In this document: piece after piece, positions 10,617-18,114 of the stretch | Numbering within the stretch: position 1 is the stretch's first letter | How the letters are laid out: each line of letters starts with the position of its first letter | UHGV virus genome: UHGV-1755679 | Length of the DNA stretch: 25,490 nucleotides | From: a virus | Strand: one strand, 5' to 3' | Notes under the pieces: generated by a model | Seen by the model: only the letters and a program-made list of their open reading frames with translations | The model's database searches: none | Told to the model about the DNA's origin: nothing | Made by a program: the position numbers and the translations under genes

Positions 10617-11396
10617 CTATTTTAATTCTATGTAATTTTTAAATTCTCCCTCATATTTATACATGATGCTATCAAATCCTTCCATTACATCAACGAATTG
10701 TTGTGAACATTCCGGCTTCCAAGGCGTACACTTACGAACCATATCCATTTTTTTCTTATCCTTCGTTGTATCGACTAAGGATAGGTACCCTATAAAATTC
10801 ATCATCTGAACAGGATCTTGATTTGTGAATATATATTTGACGTTTTGCTTAGTAGGCGAAAAAGAATCAAAAGCAGGGAACATATATTCACCAGAAAAAG
10901 AGAGTGCAGCATCAATGACGTCTGTTGCAGGAGTGCAGTTGCTCAGAATTGGCACTAAGCTAAAATTAGCACCTGAGCACACTGCATATATATCATCCCC
11001 TTTTTTTAGTTTTAACAGAGAGTCTTGCTTTGAATCCAATATTTTCAATTTGATATAATTTAGTGGCGTTGCATTTTCCCCTGGAGTAAATAACTCTACA
11101 ATTGGTTTATTATTCACCATTCTTATGGATTTTATTTCACCATACACAATTGGAATTGTGTTCCATTTTTCCTGAGCAGCAAATTCATTATCTTTAAAAT
11201 CATTAACCAACTCAGATGGCAAATGATAACCAAATTGATTGTTCATTGCTTTCGAAGCAAATCCAGACAAATAGAATGCCCTTACTAAATCATAATCTTT
11301 CTTTGAGGTAGAAAGCCAATCTGGCAATTTATTATCAGCTATCGCGCTTCCAGCAAAAATAGCACAACAAAATGTTATTACATTAAATAATTTCAT
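10617..11396 (-). CDS. simC: Superimmunity protein Sim precursor with N-terminal signal peptide
   Basis: ORF track start at 11429 is GTG; the in-frame ATG at 11394-11396 gives MKLFNVITFCCAIFAGSAIA-DNKLPDW, a classical signal peptide with AxA cleavage site. Position next to the immI region matches the P1 sim locus. Confidence 0.65.
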   Translation of the reverse strand: MKLFNVITFCCAIFAGSAIADNKLPDWLSTSKKDYDLVRAFYLSGFASKAMNNQFGYHLPSELVNDFKDNEFAAQEKWNTIPIVYGEIKSIRMVNNKPIVELFTPGENATPLNYIKLKILDSKQDSLLKLKKGDDIYAVCSGANFSLVPILSNCTPATDVIDAALSFSGEYMFPAFDSFSPTKQNVKYIFTNQDPVQMMNFIGYLSLVDTTKDKKKMDMVRKCTPWKPECSQQFVDVMEGFDSIMYKYEGEFKNYIELK

Positions 11397-11403
11397 TTTC
11401 CAT

Positions 11404-11721
11404 TCACTCATTAATCGGTTTAAACTCACTAATTAATTCACCAAGACTATTTGGGTATGCTTTATAAATAACATACTCCGAAGAGCCATCTGAATATTGG
11501 TAAACCCCATAACAGACCAGTTTATTTATTCCTTTCTGAATAGTTTTTTGATTATAAGAATCAACCACTGTTATTCCATATGACGATAATATTTCGTTAT
11601 ATTCTTCAATAAGAGCTTTTCTTGTTTCCACTGAATTACAATCTACCTTCGAAAAGTCAACTTCATCAGCAAAAACATTAAATGTTAAAAAGGAAAGCAC
11701 TAAAAACAAACGAATCAGCAT
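11404..11721 (-). CDS. Small secreted protein of the sim operon (simB position)
   Basis: The internal ATG at 11719-11721 has SD AGGAGTGG and yields MLIRLFLVLSFLTFNVFA-DEV..., a signal peptide; the longer track ORF from 11739 lacks an SD. Confidence 0.45.
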   Translation of the reverse strand: MLIRLFLVLSFLTFNVFADEVDFSKVDCNSVETRKALIEEYNEILSSYGITVVDSYNQKTIQKGINKLVCYGVYQYSDGSSEYVIYKAYPNSLGELISEFKPINE

Positions 11722-11742
11722 AAATCCACTCCTACGCATGGA

Positions 11743-11874
11743 TTAATAGTCATTGATCGCAAAGGCGTAAACTTGCCAAAGGTATTTCGTATAATCGGTA
11801 CAAATCTCCTTTACGCTTGATGCTGCATTAACAGTCCCAGCCATAAATAATAACGATAGTAATAGTTTTCTCAT
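11743..11874 (-). CDS. 43-aa secreted peptide (simA position), not in the ORF track
   Basis: ATG at 11872-11874 preceded by SD AGGTGAGG; translation MRKLLLSLLFMAGTVNAASSVKEICTDYTKYLWQVYAFAINDY (signal-peptide-like N-terminus); stop TAA at 11743-11745. Confidence 0.4.
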   Translation of the reverse strand: MRKLLLSLLFMAGTVNAASSVKEICTDYTKYLWQVYAFAINDY

Positions 11875-11970
11875 TATAACCTCACCTGCCTTATAACCCA
11901 TTTAGGGTACATATTTTCGCCTTTAAAAAAAAGAGGTTATTAGATCCAACTGTGTATTTATTAAGCAGAT

Positions 11971-11987
11971 AATGCTCTAATAAATTT
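11971..11987 (+). promoter_or_regulatory. C1 repressor operator (Op51-like) controlling the c4-icd-ant immI operon
   Basis: AATGCTCTAATAAATTT matches the asymmetric 17-bp P1 C1 operator consensus ATTGCTCTAATAAATTT at 16 of 17 positions; a paralogous copy with similar flanking sequence lies upstream of kilA. Confidence 0.7.
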
Positions 11988-12159
11988 GTATTTTTAAGTC
12001 ACGAATGCTATCTTTTCGCATCATATTGACCTTTTAATCGTTCAGGCTTATAGTTCCGCCGTCGTAGCAAATTCTGCGACCGGGTTTAGCAGCCTGAATG
12101 ATTGTGCGGACAGCCGCAGATATCCGATATTGCGGTATTTTTGTGTCCGTAAAACCGCG

Positions 12160-12240
12160 TTACGCCCAAATTATGGTGGGGCGTGATGGGGAGGCTTCGG
12201 CCTGCTGGTTTCACAATCGCCAGTCTGCTAACCCCGTCAC
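12160..12240 (+). ncRNA. c4: c4 antisense repressor RNA region (approximate boundaries)
   Basis: Non-coding leader between the C1 operator and icd; contains CACAATC and CTGCTAAC segments complementary to GATTGTG / GTTTAGCAG elements found both upstream (12087-12109) and immediately in front of the icd RBS (12253-12293), plus a GGCTTCGGCC tetraloop hairpin. Boundaries not determinable by eye. Confidence 0.4.
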
Positions 12241-12301
12241 GTCCTGCCACCTGTTTAGCAGCGGGTAGCAGGTTGTTAAACCTGATTGTGAGGCCGTAAC
12301 T

Positions 12302-12523
12302 ATGGTTAATGCCAATCCTTGCGCACGCCCAGAATTCATCTGGCGTTTCTATTCCTGTAAAAAACACCACTATCACTTCGTTATCGCAGCAACTGAAGAC
12401 GAAGCACGCTCTCAATTGCCTGATGGCCCCTGCATTTTTACTGCCCGTTTTTCAACTAACTCGCGCAATTCACTTAGTTACTGGAGCCTCCCCTTCTCTG
12501 CCGACGTTCAGGGGGGTTTATGA
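12302..12523 (+). CDS. icd: Icd (interference with cell division), 73 aa, overlapping the start of ant
   Basis: ATG at 12302 with SD GAGG 8 nt upstream; the SD lies inside the GATTGTGAGG c4-target element; the stop overlaps the ant start codon. Confidence 0.6.
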   Translation: MVNANPCARPEFIWRFYSCKKHHYHFVIAATEDEARSQLPDGPCIFTARFSTNSRNSLSYWSLPFSADVQGGL

Positions 12524-13563
12524 AAAAACCTCTCGTCACCCGTAATGACATAGCCGAAGCGATCGCCCTGCATACTGCCTGTATACCGACACGGGAGATC
12601 CCCGGCGCAATTGCCAACTATTTCATGATAACCAGGCGTTTTTATACCCGAACAGATAAGGCTGTGATCAACAGGCTACTGATAGCCGAGATCAGGGATT
12701 ATTTGATTGAACAAGGACGTCTACGTTACGCAACGGTGGCAGCAGAAATGAGAAAGGAGGCACATAGAATGACCAGTAATAATTTGAATGTTAAAAAACC
12801 AGCACCTGTTGCTTCAGCAACGCCAGCACCAGCCGTGAATGTCATCCCCACCACCGGAGACACAATCGACAGCCTGACACTGTTAAAGATGGTCAATGAA
12901 GCGCGTAAGTTATGTGGGGAACCAGAGGTTCGGAACAACAAATTCATCGAAAAAATACTCGACGAATTAGAAGGTGAGGACGGTTACACAAAAAGTGCAA
13001 CCGTGCCGCCAGGTGGCGGTACGCCTATGGTTGTCATAACCATGACCTACAAACAAGCCCTGCGAGTCGCCGCGCGCGAATCGAAAGCGGTCCGCCGTTC
13101 GCTGATCGACAAACTGGAAGAATTGCAGCAGGCAAACTCCCCTACCCCATCGATCCCCCAAACATTACCAGAAGCCCTACGCCTGGCTGCCGAGTTGGCA
13201 GAACAGAAATTGCAGCTGGAACAACAGCTGGTGGCCGCAGCCCCTAAAGTCGATTTTGCCGACCGGGTATCAGTGGCTAATGGAATCCTGATCGGGAACT
13301 TTGCAAAGGTCGTTGGACTTAAGCAAAACGCCCTTTTCTCATGGTTGCGCCAGAACGGCATTCTCATGGCTTTTGGTGCGCGCAAAAACGTACCGCGCCA
13401 GCAGTACATTAACGCCGGGTATTTCACGGTGAAAGAAGTGGTGCTGGATGATGAAAATGGCTACCAGATACGGCTGACGCCCCAATTAACGGGTAAAGGC
13501 CAGCAGTGGTTAACTCGCAAGCTACTTGATGCTGGTTTGTTAAAACCAGTAGCAATAGGTTAA
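12520..13563 (+). CDS. ant: Antirepressor Ant (Ant1 347 aa; Ant2 would arise from an internal in-frame start) with C-terminal KilA-C/AntB-type domain
   Basis: ATG at 12520 with SD GGGGGG; the C-terminal about 140 aa (PQTLPEALRLAAELAEQK...GKGQQWLTRKLLDAGLL) is clearly paralogous to the KilA C-terminus downstream; position in immI. Confidence 0.8.
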   Translation: MKKPLVTRNDIAEAIALHTACIPTREIPGAIANYFMITRRFYTRTDKAVINRLLIAEIRDYLIEQGRLRYATVAAEMRKEAHRMTSNNLNVKKPAPVASATPAPAVNVIPTTGDTIDSLTLLKMVNEARKLCGEPEVRNNKFIEKILDELEGEDGYTKSATVPPGGGTPMVVITMTYKQALRVAARESKAVRRSLIDKLEELQQANSPTPSIPQTLPEALRLAAELAEQKLQLEQQLVAAAPKVDFADRVSVANGILIGNFAKVVGLKQNALFSWLRQNGILMAFGARKNVPRQQYINAGYFTVKEVVLDDENGYQIRLTPQLTGKGQQWLTRKLLDAGLLKPVAIG

Positions 13564-13640
13564 CAAAAGAAAAAACCTGCCAGCAAACTGGCAGGTTTCT
13601 GAGCAGATCGACCAACCCGATCTGGATCGAGTCAGAAAAA

Positions 13641-13657
13641 TTTGCTCTAATAAATTT
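13641..13657 (+). promoter_or_regulatory. C1 repressor operator (Op53-like) upstream of kilA-repL
   Basis: TTTGCTCTAATAAATTT matches the C1 operator consensus at 16 of 17 positions; located about 70 bp upstream of the kilA start. Confidence 0.7.
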
Positions 13658-13726
13658 CGTTTTCTAAGTGCAAAGAATCACCATTTCGAGCTGGTGATTG
13701 AAGGTTGATGCAAATTTGGAGAAAAA

Positions 13727-14527
13727 ATGCAACAAACATTCAATGCGGATATGAATATATCAAACCTTCATCAAAATGTCGATCCTTCAACCACTCTGCC
13801 TGTTATTTGTGGTGTTGAAATTACGACCGACCGCGCTGGCCGTTACAACCTTAATGCTCTACACAGAGCGAGCGGACTCGGTGCCCATAAAGCGCCAGCT
13901 CAATGGCTAAGAACGCTGTCAGCCAAACAGCTCATCGAAGAGCTTGAAAAAGAAACTATGCAGAATTGCATAGTTTCGTTCGAAGGCCGTGGCGGCGGCA
14001 CTTTTGCCCATGAATTGCTCGCTGTGGAGTACGCAGGCTGGATTTCTCCCGCGTTTCGGCTGAAGGTAAACCAGACATTTATCGACTATCGAGCCGGAAG
14101 ATTACAACCTGCTATTCCGCAGAGTCTCCCTGAAGCTCTCCGTTTGGCTGCCGACCTGGCAGAGCAAAAGCAACGGCTGGAGCAAAAAATGCTTATGGAT
14201 GCACCTAAAGTCGAATTCGCCGAACGCGTTGCTACCGCCAGCGGGGTTCTAATCGGCAACTATGCCAAAGTGCTCGGTCTGGGCCAAAACTATCTCTTCA
14301 CCTGGTTGCGTGATAACGGAATTCTGATCGCAACCGGTGAACGCAGGAACGTCCCCAAACAAGAATACATATCCCGTGGGTATTTCACCCTTAAAGAAAC
14401 CGTGATCGATACAAGCAATGGAAGCAGGATTTCTTTCACGACTCGTATAACCGGCAAAGGTCAGCAGTGGCTGATGAAGCGATTGCTTGATGCTGGTGTG
14501 CTGGTACCTGTCGCGGCAACGCGCTAA
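13727..14527 (+). CDS. kilA: KilA (266 aa), KilA-N plus KilA-C domains
   Basis: ATG at 13727 with SD GGAG; C-terminal half paralogous to Ant; followed by repL as in P1. Confidence 0.8.
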   Translation: MQQTFNADMNISNLHQNVDPSTTLPVICGVEITTDRAGRYNLNALHRASGLGAHKAPAQWLRTLSAKQLIEELEKETMQNCIVSFEGRGGGTFAHELLAVEYAGWISPAFRLKVNQTFIDYRAGRLQPAIPQSLPEALRLAADLAEQKQRLEQKMLMDAPKVEFAERVATASGVLIGNYAKVLGLGQNYLFTWLRDNGILIATGERRNVPKQEYISRGYFTLKETVIDTSNGSRISFTTRITGKGQQWLMKRLLDAGVLVPVAATR

Positions 14528-14556
14528 CAGACGTAGTAAGAACCACCAGCATTGTA

Positions 14557-15402
14557 ATGCTGGCTAAAGTCACTTTCCTGAGCTGTATAACGATGAGCGA
14601 TTTTACTTTTTCTGGCTATGAATTGGCCTGCTTTGTAACACACTCCGGTCTATCCCGTAGCGCCGGGCATATCCTGTCGCAATGTGCAAATCTAGCGGCA
14701 ACAACCAGTGAATACTTCATTCACAAGCCTCACCGCCTGATCGCGGCAGAAACTGGTTATAGCCAATCAACCGTCGTTCGTGCATTCCGTGAAGCTGTAA
14801 ACAAAGGAATTCTGTCTGTAGAGATTGTTATCGGCGATCACCATGAACGTCGCGCTAACCTGTACCGGTTTACACCATCCTTTTTGGCCTTCGCACAACA
14901 AGCCAAAAATGCGCTGATTGAAAGCAAATTAAAGATCTCTTCAGCGGCAACCAAGGTTAAAGCTGTTCTCGCTAAGACATTGGCTTTATTTAATTTTTTA
15001 TCCACACCCCCATGTCAAAATGATACCCCCTCCCCCTGTCAGGATGACGTGGCAATAAAGAATAAGAAGTCACAAGTTAAAAAAACAAAAAGATCAGTTT
15101 CCGGCGGTGCCGGAACGAGCAGACTCAAAAAATTGACTTCATGGATCGCTGAGGCAAAAGCAAAGGCTGACAATCTGCGGTTATCCAAAAAACGCGCTCA
15201 AAAACATGAGTTCAAGCAGAAAGTAGAGGCGGCAGCGCGGAAATATGCTTACCTGAAGAACAAGCGTTCTCCTGATATTGGCGGGGTATCAAACTTCGAT
15301 AATTTGCCGCATTGCATGACGGTAAACGAAGCTCTTAATGCGATTTTAGCCAAAAATAAAGATAACGAAAAATGGGGTATACCGGCAGGATTCAGGGGGT
15401 GA
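14557..15402 (+). CDS. repL: RepL lytic replication initiator (281 aa); the lytic origin is expected inside this gene
   Basis: ATG at 14557; 281-aa product immediately downstream of kilA under the Op53-controlled promoter, matching the P1 kilA-repL arrangement. No clear SD, so the start is uncertain (alternative ATG at 14593). Confidence 0.7.
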   Translation: MLAKVTFLSCITMSDFTFSGYELACFVTHSGLSRSAGHILSQCANLAATTSEYFIHKPHRLIAAETGYSQSTVVRAFREAVNKGILSVEIVIGDHHERRANLYRFTPSFLAFAQQAKNALIESKLKISSAATKVKAVLAKTLALFNFLSTPPCQNDTPSPCQDDVAIKNKKSQVKKTKRSVSGGAGTSRLKKLTSWIAEAKAKADNLRLSKKRAQKHEFKQKVEAAARKYAYLKNKRSPDIGGVSNFDNLPHCMTVNEALNAILAKNKDNEKWGIPAGFRG

Positions 15403-15452
15403 TAGATTGCTCTAATCTGGAGTCACCTGGCGTTTTCAGTTTGAGGTCGGAG

Positions 15453-15698
15453 ATGCAATCTGATTTTTTACAGTTAGCGATCGCTTTTGCAGGATATGTT
15501 TGTATTGGCTTCTGTGTATACATGATCAGCCGAAAAATGCTTGTCGATATCGACCGCAAAGAACGAGCAGAGGAGATCTTAGTATGGATTTTCTTTGGCG
15601 CGGTCTGGCCATTAGGGATCATGTTTGCTGCAACATTTCTTCTGATGTGGATATTCACCCTTCCAGGTGATTTCTATAGAAAAAAAGCCAGACATTGA
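15453..15698 (+). CDS. Small membrane protein with two predicted TM helices (rlfA position)
   Basis: The track ORF from 15372 starts inside repL; the internal ATG at 15453 with SD GAGG gives an 81-aa product with two hydrophobic segments (LQLAIAFAGYVCIGFCVYMI; ILVWIFFGAVWPLGIMFAATFLLMWIF). Confidence 0.4.
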   Translation: MQSDFLQLAIAFAGYVCIGFCVYMISRKMLVDIDRKERAEEILVWIFFGAVWPLGIMFAATFLLMWIFTLPGDFYRKKARH

Positions 15699-15789
15699 TA
15701 CAATCGTTGCGGGTGCTTGAGGCTATCTGCTTCAGGCATTACCCGAAAAGCAGATAGAAGAAAGCCCCAGATAACATTACGCGTCCTGC

Positions 15790-15860
15790 AAGACGCTTAA
15801 CATTAATCTGAGGCCATATCTATGCTTAGCATACGTAGATTAGCCTCTTACCGACCAAAA
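15790..15860 (-). ncRNA. Possible Sok-like antisense RNA opposite the mok start / hok leader (boundaries approximate)
   Basis: Inferred only from the canonical organisation of hok/sok loci; no promoter or terminator could be assigned by eye. Confidence 0.2.
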
Positions 15861-16028
15861 GGTCAAGGAGAAGCAGGCTATGAAGCAGCAAAAAGCGATG
15901 TTAATCGCTCTGATCGTCATCTGTTTAACCGTCATTGTGACGGCACTGGTAACGAGGAAAGACCTCTGCGAGGTACGAATCCGAACCGGCCAGACGGAGG
16001 TCACTGTCTTCACAGCCTACGAATCTGA
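15822..16028 (+). CDS. mok-like overlapping reading frame (68 aa) that would couple translation to hok
   Basis: ATG at 15822 with SD GAGG; overlaps almost the entire hok frame in a different reading frame, as mok does in hok/sok loci. Confidence 0.45.
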   Translation: MLSIRRLASYRPKGQGEAGYEAAKSDVNRSDRHLFNRHCDGTGNEERPLRGTNPNRPDGGHCLHSLRI

Positions 16029-16035
16029 AAGGTAA
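15880..16035 (+). CDS. hok: Hok/Gef-family type I toxin (51 aa membrane peptide)
   Basis: ATG at 15880 with SD AGGAG; translation MKQQKAMLIALIVICLTVIVTALVTRKDLCEVRIRTGQTEVTVFTAYESER is near-identical in pattern to HokC/Gef-family peptides (single TM helix, conserved RKDLCEV...RTGQTEV...FTAYES). Not in the ORF track because of its size and frame. Confidence 0.85.
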   Translation: MKQQKAMLIALIVICLTVIVTALVTRKDLCEVRIRTGQTEVTVFTAYESER

Positions 16036-16104
16036 GAGACCTGGCGGGGAGAGATCCTCGCCACTCTTCGTGTGTCAGGTATCCTCAATGCACCCTTTCC
16101 TCTC

Positions 16105-16131
16105 CAAATAAAAAAGCTCCCGAAGGAGCTT
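16105..16131 (-). terminator. Intrinsic terminator at the end of the leftward late operon (possibly also bounding the hok transcript)
   Basis: Stem AGCTCC / GGAGCT with CGAA loop followed on the minus strand by TTTTTTATTT; lies 20 bp downstream of the 169-aa ORF stop. Confidence 0.55.
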
Positions 16132-16151
16132 TAAAATACAAGGGATGACTC

Positions 16152-16661
16152 TTAATCCCACTCAATCCAGTTGTAGACGATACGAAGTGACGGGCGCACA
16201 GCGGCAGTCACATCTTCGGTACTAAAGTCGATTGCATCACTGTAGATTTTGCAGTCCAACATTTCAATTGTTGTAGCAGCTTTTGTCACAGCGTTAACCC
16301 CGGAAGATTTGGATTCAGGGGTAGCAGCCATCGTGATATCAACATAGTCCTTCGCCGCAATGCGATCCTTGATGAACTGAAGAATATCGCCTTCGATAGT
16401 CTCCACGCACTGGACCTGGATTTCCCCAGAGTTTCGAATTGGTCCGTGCTGGTTGAACTTCACACCATTCGGACCATAGTCCTCCACATCCTCGCGGGTC
16501 ATTTCAGGAATTTGCGACGTGCGAACCAGTACGCTGATATCTTCATGGCCTGCAAAAGTGAGCTGGAATTCAGAAGATACCAGTCGTTCGCCTTTGGCCG
16601 CGTTGGCAGTATAGCGGCCCTTAATAAATTTACGGTTTCCCTTAGTGTTATTGTGCCCCAT
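16152..16661 (-). CDS. Tail tube / baseplate-tube-like structural protein (169 aa)
   Basis: ATG at 16659-16661 with SD AAAGGA; size and composition resemble contractile-tail tube family proteins; part of the minus-strand late block. P1 equivalent (bplB or pmgF) not resolved. Confidence 0.45.
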   Translation of the reverse strand: MGHNNTKGNRKFIKGRYTANAAKGERLVSSEFQLTFAGHEDISVLVRTSQIPEMTREDVEDYGPNGVKFNQHGPIRNSGEIQVQCVETIEGDILQFIKDRIAAKDYVDITMAATPESKSSGVNAVTKAATTIEMLDCKIYSDAIDFSTEDVTAAVRPSLRIVYNWIEWD

Positions 16662-16672
16662 ATAAAATCCTT

Positions 16673-17254
16673 TTACTGGAACGCCCGAACAATATCGGAG
16701 CTGTTATATATCGAAGAACCGGTCAACTGGAGGTTGACGGTGTTTTTCAGGAAATGCCCATTGCTGTCCCTGGGCGCATCGAGATCGAAACTTATGTCCT
16801 GGATAGCGACATCAATGATGTTGATCCGGCGACCAATGTTTAGCGTCACGCGCTCCGGGATTCGACCACCAATACTGGCATCTTTAAGTTCCGGGCTAAT
16901 CATCGCTGACAATGCGGCGATAGCTCCTGAAACCTCCGTGAATGGGTCAAACAAAGCGATGAAAGTTACTGGCAGCGTGAAAGTCGGCGGTGTTCCCCCT
17001 TCCCAAACCATTAAGCTGTTCCAACGGGCAACCGACGTTGTTTCAGTACCAACCTGCGCAAAACCACTGAAGGCACCAGCAACAGATCCCATGGACATAC
17101 CGGTAAACGGCGCTTCCCAATTCTGGGCCATGTTCATTGCCGCCCCCTGGCTGATATATCCGGTAACCTGGTACTGAGAGTTCGTTAAAGTAACTTTCAG
17201 AAATGGCGATACACCGTCAGCCTGGCTGTAAACCCCATAAGGAATAGGTGCCAT
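16673..17254 (-). CDS. Structural/morphogenetic protein (193 aa), pmgG position
   Basis: ATG at 17252-17254; co-oriented with flanking structural genes; no motif recognised. Confidence 0.4.
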   Translation of the reverse strand: MAPIPYGVYSQADGVSPFLKVTLTNSQYQVTGYISQGAAMNMAQNWEAPFTGMSMGSVAGAFSGFAQVGTETTSVARWNSLMVWEGGTPPTFTLPVTFIALFDPFTEVSGAIAALSAMISPELKDASIGGRIPERVTLNIGRRINIIDVAIQDISFDLDAPRDSNGHFLKNTVNLQLTGSSIYNSSDIVRAFQ

Positions 17255-17289
17255 TCAAGTTAAAGGCCGGAGTTCTCCGGCCTCCTCCT

Positions 17290-18105
17290 TTAGCCAAGGC
17301 GCTTACGGCGCAGTTTCATTGACTTTTTGCGGGCAAGTTTTGCCGCGCCGGTCTGGGCTTTTCGACGCGCTTTTTTCAGCGCCGATTTTTGAGCCGCAGT
17401 CAGACGTTTTTTACGCAGGCGTTTACGGATGAGTTTGATCTCACCGTTACGAACAACCTTCTTAAATGCTTCAGTCAGCATTTCATCAGAAGTGCCAGCA
17501 ACAACAAACGCCGCTTCTAGTTCGTCGCGGTCGTCGCTATCTAAACCAGCGATAGAGGCACCAACATCAGCAGCTGCGTCGTCGTCTTCATCGTCAGCCA
17601 GTGCTTCGATCAGGTCATCATCTACACCGCATGCTGCGAGGAAGTCAGCAACATTTGCCCATGCTTCGTTATAGGCATCGTCCTGTTCTTCTGTAACTTC
17701 GGAGTCGTCGTCATCAGAGATACCAGCGATAGCCTGAACGAAACCATCAAGGGAGTCGAAAGTCAGATCACCGCTATCAGCCCAGGCGAAAACGGCGTCG
17801 GCCGCATCACTCAACGCATTTTGCATAGCACTTCGATTTGCAGCTTCCAGAATCATCTGGTGCGCCTGTTCGACGGTCCATTCTTTACCGTCTTTCCCTT
17901 CCAGGATTTGCTCAGGAGCCTGGGCAGATGGAACGTTATCGTTAGTCTGTGCCGCCGGTTCCGGATTATTATTAATAACCGGATCTGTTGGCGGTTCAGC
18001 GCTTGCTCGGGCAGACTCCATCAGCTGCACAGGATCAGAGTTCAAAGCGAAACGAGACAGTCCATTCCCCAAAAATGCCCCGGATTGAAAAAAGTTTTTG
18101 CTCAT
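17290..18105 (-). CDS. Virion-associated protein (271 aa) with an acidic central region and a strongly basic C-terminal tail, gene 21 position
   Basis: ATG at 18103-18105 with SD AAGGGA; composition: D/E-rich stretches (DDDDSEVTEEQDD, ADDEDDDAAAD) followed by a Lys/Arg-rich C-terminus (KRLRKKRLTAAQKSALKKARRKAQTGAAKLARKKSMKLRRKRLG). Confidence 0.4.
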   Translation of the reverse strand: MSKNFFQSGAFLGNGLSRFALNSDPVQLMESARASAEPPTDPVINNNPEPAAQTNDNVPSAQAPEQILEGKDGKEWTVEQAHQMILEAANRSAMQNALSDAADAVFAWADSGDLTFDSLDGFVQAIAGISDDDDSEVTEEQDDAYNEAWANVADFLAACGVDDDLIEALADDEDDDAAADVGASIAGLDSDDRDELEAAFVVAGTSDEMLTEAFKKVVRNGEIKLIRKRLRKKRLTAAQKSALKKARRKAQTGAAKLARKKSMKLRRKRLG

Positions 18106-18114
18106 TGTATTCCC

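Noticed and set aside
12086-12415. 109-aa minus-strand ORF
   Set aside because: Runs antisense across the c4 RNA region and the icd start; Cys/Gly-rich, no RBS; the region is better explained by the immI leader on the plus strand.
12726-13615. Minus-strand ORFs inside ant (12726-12947, 12967-13161, 13047-13427, 13424-13615)
   Set aside because: Antisense to the well-supported ant gene; composition typical of spurious antisense frames.
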